NCBI GenBank assembly: GCA_964106645.2
Contig: OZ067042.1
DNA from: Podarcis pityusensis
Lineage: Eukaryota
Strand: one strand, 5' to 3'
DNA: 64,000 nucleotides
Shown here: piece after piece, positions 59,701-64,000 of the stretch
How the letters are laid out: each line of letters opens with the position of its first letter
How positions within the stretch are numbered: position 1 is the stretch's first letter
Position numbers and translations under genes: made by a program
Notes under the pieces: generated by a model
The model's input: the letters and a program-made list of their open reading frames with translations, nothing else
Told to the model about the DNA's origin: nothing
Database searches by the model: none

Positions 59701-62248
59701 CATCTTGACAAAACAAAAGAAGGGGATATAGATTTGGAATTATGTAGTAGCCTATCTGTGGGGTCATGAACCAGCCAAGTTCAACTTATTATTTTTTTAA
59801 AATAACAAAATAGCAGTCAATTTAACAATGTGAAAGTGTAGAGCACTGCAATGACACTACATCAGTGTAATCACCTTTCCAAAAATAAAAATAAGCCATA
59901 ATTCAAGAAGCTGGTGTTAAGACAATGACTAGAAAGAAAAACTATTTCTAGGCCAACTGTGTGAAAGCACTTAAAAACTCTTAAAGTCGAGTACAAATAG
60001 TGAGAGAATGTGAGAGACACCGCTTCCTTATACATATTATCAAGAGCAGATTGCACCAACATTGGATCTGTTGATCTGGGCACCAAGATATTCTCAAGCA
60101 TGCATGAGATGTTTTGAGAGTGTACCTAATTTGACATATTTTCATCAACAGTCAAACTCACTGCTGTTTTTCCACAAACAGCTTTTTACTGGTCTACAGC
60201 ATGGAGCAGCTCAACCTTCACGACAGATTCCCCACCCCACCCTGCATCCTGCACCCTGTTCAGAAGCAGAAAACAGCCTTATATTGCTAGCCAAAGGATA
60301 CAGATCACTTTTCACTGCTTGGGGAAAAGGGGGGCCATGAAAGAATCAGCAAAAAAGAAGCCTCTCCCAAACATTGACTAACAGCTTGAGTTCAGTGTTG
60401 TGCTGTTCTTTAAAACCATCAGATCCCCAAATTTCAGCAACAGACTGTCTGTCAGCTGGCGCTCTAGAAGAAACAAAGATCCTCATGTTTGCTGCTAGAT
60501 GGAAGGTAGTGTGCTGTTCTTAAGAGATCTATCCACACTCTTTGACATGCAGATGAGGAAGGGACATCAGTAAGAGCTCTGGTTCATATTTAAATCAATT
60601 TTTCCCACACAGCTATTCTACAAAGAGACCATCCCTTTATATAGTCTTCCTATGATTTCCCTCCCAGCCACCCCCCATACAAATACAGGCTTTCTGAGAG
60701 TCTGTGCTGATTGTAAATCAGTCACTTAACCACATAATGCAGCAAGGATATGTGCATCAAGCACTGCAACTTATTTTGCAACATGCTTGACTACTTTCAT
60801 GTATTGGTCAGCTCCCGGTGCCAGTCTCTTTCAGCAGAGATAACCAAGGGAGTGATGAGTGAGCTCCCTGGAGAGGCTAGGCTCTGGCTGAAATTCTCTT
60901 TCTGAAAATCAGCAGCAATTAACTTCTGGTTAGGTAACTCAACACTGCCATCTGGCACTCCGAAAAAGGTACTGCAGATTGTGGAAAAGCTACTGAAACT
61001 GACAACAGACAAAACACCTCCAATTCCACCACCCACAGGAGTTGTGGTTGTTATTAAATGCATTACCTGCCCTTCATCAGCAGGTCTCAGGGTGGGTTGC
61101 AACAATTTAAAATCCAATAATAAAAACAGTTAAAAACAACTTGCAGTCACAGAATTGGAACTGTGTGAGAATTAATATATTCATGTGATCTGTTGTCAGA
61201 ACAGAATATTAGATAAAAAGCCCAAAACCACTGCACTCAGGCTTGGCCTTCCATGTGACATCTTCCCCTGAGCAGTGGCTCATGGGGTGCAGAGGCAGTG
61301 GCAGTGCTGTAGTCATCAGGGCAATGGCAGTGAGGCTGGGAGAGCTCCAAACTAGCCGAAATGGCCCAATAAGTTTATTGTCACCACTGGGAGGACACCA
61401 CTGCCTTCACCCCACTCACAAGTTACCACCTGCTTCTACTTGCGCCTTTACAGAGTCTGTGGACTAGGGCTGCACAACCTGAGAGGCACCAACCTGAATG
61501 CAGCCCATATTCATGCATGGTGTTCCACTAGGAGCTTGATAAACCTGCTTCTTCTGCCAGCCAGGAGCAGCAGAAATTGAACTCGAGGCAAGCCACAATA
61601 CATTGCTAACTGGCATTCTCTGGGGAAGTGGGACACAACCAGCTCAGGCCTGCTTATCCAAACACAGGAAACACCAACATGTAAATAACCACGTTCCTCA
61701 CTCATAAGCTGCTTCAGTATACTCAAACATGATCCTTAGAGTCCATATTCAAATAAACAACTAAAACCTGCAATGAAATGTTGCTGTGTATCCTTAAAAG
61801 GGTGCCAGCCAGCCCTGCCCTCCTCCGGAATACTCCATTCCATCCCTACAACCTAGTTTCTATTATCCCCCCACAACATTCCATGGCTACAGAGCATGGT
61901 CGCTGGCTTGCGTGAGGGTCTACTGCAGCATAAGCAGGCTGCTATCTCCTCCTTTCTCAGCAACCCTGCTTTGGCTCCATTTCTGCCAGCTCTCACAACG
62001 ACCTGAGAGCAGGACAGTTTAACCAACAGCCATTTAAAGCCTCTAGTTTCTGTGTATTTACATAACTGAAAGCAAGTATCAGAAATTGTCTCATGGCTCT
62101 TACCTTAAAGAGATAGAATTTGTGGTCCACCTGTTGACCTAGCTTCTCTTGTAGTCGCAGTATTAAATGTACAACCTGGTCTTTACGTGATGCTGTGATG
62201 AGAGGTTCTGCTTTTCTTATATCTGCTACTAAGGCTTCTACATCTGTA
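44729..62248 (-). CDS. DAW1: DAW1 (WDR69/ODA16; dynein assembly factor with WD repeats 1), 5'-partial spliced CDS: complement(join(44729..44763,45979..46141,50189..50265,51328..51442,52661..52763,55507..55613,56958..57065,57629..57728,57881..58003,58577..58635,62104..62248))
   Basis: Eleven GT-AG exons (1135 nt) join in frame, giving successive WD40 repeats ([42 protein letters not shown] ...) and ending [11 protein letters not shown]. Neighbour of SPHKAP as in other amniotes. Confidence 0.96.
45154..45274. repeat. Tandem duplication, 2 x 58 bp with a 5-bp spacer
   Basis: 45154..45211 vs 45217..45274, 2 mismatches. Confidence 0.92.
45979..46141 (-). CDS. DAW1: DAW1 exon 12 ([54 protein letters not shown])
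   Basis: taaaag|ATC ... ACA G|gtaact; 163 nt. Confidence 0.95.
46558..46978. mobile_element. Tc1/mariner (pogo/Tigger-like) non-autonomous DNA transposon, 421 bp, CpG-rich
   Basis: TIRs ccgtatttttcactccatagggcgtac / ccgtatttttcgctctataggacgcac; TA TSD; internal copy of the subterminal motif near 46900. Confidence 0.88.
48317..48668 (-). mobile_element. Full-length Sauria SINE with TSD
   Basis: Head gggacgtgggtggcgctgtggg, B-box gttcgaatcc; 13-bp TSD taacatatatata (48304) / taacgtatatata (48669); 3' part differs from the copies at 7580 and 54471 (other subfamily). Confidence 0.93.
49012..49127 (-). mobile_element. 5'-truncated RTE/BovB-like LINE 3' end
   Basis: gcgtgctctggtccatggggtc..gtcggacacaactaaa..(caa)n on -; perfect 11-bp TSD TATTTAATGCT (49001, 49128). 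Confidence 0.85.
49392..49987 (+). mobile_element. Solo LTR, 596 bp
   Basis: TGTGGGA...TCCCACA termini; perfect 5-bp TSD CTAAC (49387..49391, 49988..49992); AGTAAA near 49744; orientation inferred. Confidence 0.8.
50189..50265 (-). CDS. DAW1: DAW1 exon 11 ([25 protein letters not shown])
   Basis: cttaag|GA ... AAG|gtgact; 77 nt. Confidence 0.93.
51328..51442 (-). CDS. DAW1: DAW1 exon 10 ([38 protein letters not shown])
   Basis: ttgcag|TTG ... GAT G|gtaggt; 115 nt. Confidence 0.95.
52661..52763 (-). CDS. DAW1: DAW1 exon 9 ([34 protein letters not shown])
   Basis: tggcag|G AGG ... ATG|gtaaga; 103 nt. Confidence 0.95.
54471..54744 (-). mobile_element. 5'-truncated Sauria SINE
   Basis: (aaaggt)n tail on +, core gtacctatttatctacttgcac, tRNA head missing. 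Confidence 0.9.
55507..55613 (-). CDS. DAW1: DAW1 exon 8 ([35 protein letters not shown])
   Basis: cttcag|GGG ... AG|gtacta; 107 nt. Confidence 0.95.
55677..55812. mobile_element. Intact hAT MITE, 136 bp
   Basis: Long TIR CAGGCATAGGCAAACTCGGCCCTCCAGAT; perfect 8-bp TSD ATCTAGGA. Confidence 0.95.
56958..57065 (-). CDS. DAW1: DAW1 exon 7 ([36 protein letters not shown])
   Basis: taacag|GTT ... ACA|gtgggt; 108 nt. Confidence 0.94.
57629..57728 (-). CDS. DAW1: DAW1 exon 6 ([33 protein letters not shown])
   Basis: atttag|T GAC ... ATA|gtgagt; 100 nt. Confidence 0.95.
57881..58003 (-). CDS. DAW1: DAW1 exon 5 ([40 protein letters not shown])
   Basis: ctctag|T ... GG|gtatgc; 123 nt. Confidence 0.95.
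58577..58635 (-). CDS. DAW1: DAW1 exon 4 ([19 protein letters not shown])
   Basis: tttcag|GTA ... TG|gtaagt; 59 nt. Confidence 0.93.
62104..62248 (-). CDS. DAW1: DAW1 exon 3 ([48 protein letters not shown])
   Basis: ctttag|T ACA ... AAG|gtaaga; 145 nt. Confidence 0.93.
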
Positions 62249-62833
62249 CTAAAGTAGAATAATGTTTAAAGATATTAAAACACAATTTTCATCTCCTGAA
62301 GTTAAGAGAAAATGAAATCCTTCTGTTGTTTTTATCAACCAGGATGAAAGGGGGAAGGGGAGTCATTTTGATATTTTCCCATGTGCCAACCGCAGAATAG
62401 GGGCAGGGTACCTGTGGGTCTCCACAGATGTATTTTTTTATATTTCCATAAAAACAGATGTACATTTATTTACATTGAACTCTATGGGATTTACTTCTGA
62501 ATAAACACATAGAGGATTGGACTATGTCATAGAAGCCTCAGAGCACACATCAGTCAGGAAGATAGATACAAAATTTCTTGCCCCCCACATAAGAAGTAGA
62601 CAGCCACAGGAAATTCCTGAGTTCACCTAGAAATACCTAAGTCCAGTGTCAGCTGCTAACATAATCCACACCAATTGTAAAACTTTAGATTTCTAGGTTA
62701 GGCCTTGCATCTTTTGAGTATATGACAGGTTTCCCATTTTTCAGTCATTTTATTTACAATTTTAATGTTTTCTACTTGAATGTGATTAATTTTGAATATT
62801 CTGTATGTTTAGGTCTTTCCTAGTGACTTGTTC

Positions 62834-62902
62834 CTAGTGGCGTGCTCTGGTCCATGGGGTCACAAAGAGTTGGACACAACTAAACGACTAAACAACAACA
62901 AC
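62834..62902 (+). mobile_element. Very short RTE/BovB-like 3' end with (CAA)n tail
   Basis: Same terminal sequence as the element at 49012; perfect 12-bp TSD AGTGACTTGTTC (62822, 62903). Confidence 0.85.
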
Positions 62903-64000
62903 AGTGACTTGTTCATGCAGGTTTAAAACAAGTGGTCAGCTCTACTCTGTTGCTTGAATTTAAATAACCTCAGTGACAGCACTCATACCTGTTTTTTGTT
63001 TTAATTTCAAACAACATGCTAATTTGTCAAAAAATATCACATAGTCTTAAAAAGTTTACTTTGGCATTGTGTTTCTCAGGGTTAGTCATGGGAGGTAAGG
63101 AGTTAAAATTCTCTTTAAGCTAAAAAAATAAATATTCTAAAAATAATCTCAAAGCTTTTGGTATGTTAAAAGCACAGCAGCATCACAGGGAACAAATATA
63201 CAATTTACAAAACTAGATCCTGTTTGTGAGGGATTTCCGTATGGATAGTCTCAGTGGTGAAGGATCTATATTCCACTAGGGAATAACATCCATTGAACAA
63301 ATGGAGTTTATCCAGTATGTTTTCCATACAGGTCACTGACATGCTCAAGGACTACATTTGTTAGGTATGCTTGCAAAAGTATATTACATATAAGACGCTG
63401 AGTTGGATCCTGATGGAAAATTTAGTTCCACTGAATGCTTTAGTCCAGCTGAAATAAATATAGGACTTAAAGCTAGCCATCATGACAACCTTATCCCAAT
63501 TATTTCAAGGGGGCTTCAGCATAATTAATCTAAATCTAACCCAATGTCTGTTTTCTGAAACATTTCTTTGACATATTCAATTTAGCCCAGGAAAGCTCCC
63601 AGGATCAAGTCTTAATTGTGGCTTTGAAAGATGCCTTTTGCATGCTCCTGCCAGTGCACATCAAGTAATCAAGGCAGAGGTGTGCAAGAGAGGTTTACAA
63701 CAAATATGAACACCAAAGCCAATATATATCTTTATATGTCTAATTCAGATACACTTTATGAATGCTGGAGATCTTCTCACAAGGCATGAAATGCATCTTA
63801 TATTTGTTACTCACATATATCTCATTGTGGGAATACTATGTTTTAGAACATAGGAAGCTGCCTTACACTGAGTAAGACCATTCATCCATCTAGCTCAGTA
63901 TTTTCTATGCTGACTGGCAGAAGTTTTCAGAGTTTCAGACAGAGTCCTTCCCAACCTCACACGGAGGTGCCAGGGATTAAACCTGGGACCTTCTCTATGA

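Noticed and set aside
62249-64000. DAW1 exons 1-2
   Set aside because: No match to the expected LLRYYPPG / IMLEYE..ELKTKSIDL peptides on the minus strand; presumably beyond the window

Overview
Vertebrate nuclear DNA from a squamate reptile, most likely a lacertid lizard (Sauria SINEs, BovB-like RTE ends, lizard-type hAT and Tc1/mariner MITEs). It holds two convergent protein-coding genes. On + is the 3' part of SPHKAP (SKIP, a PKA-RI-selective AKAP): 9 coding exons, 17055..39616, 4866 nt = 1621 aa plus stop, with the 5' exons upstream of the window. On - is most of DAW1/WDR69 (ODA16 orthologue): 11 coding exons, 62248..44729, with the first exons beyond the right edge. I spliced and frame-checked every exon by hand; exon numbers follow the human genes from memory. 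The main anomaly is an apparently identical 6253-bp duplication (19538..25790 = 27502..33754) of most of SPHKAP exon 7, exon 8 and flanking intron. The copies are separated by a 200-N gap and 1.5 kb of orphan DNA, whose truncated MITE donates an in-frame ATG. An assembly artefact is the most likely explanation, though a real rearrangement cannot be excluded. Other notable items are a near-perfect 71-nt intronic hairpin of pre-miRNA size with no transposon hallmarks, a GC-AG intron, an NKX2-motif cluster and a solo LTR with tandem hairpins. I found no convincing evidence of a wholly new biological system.
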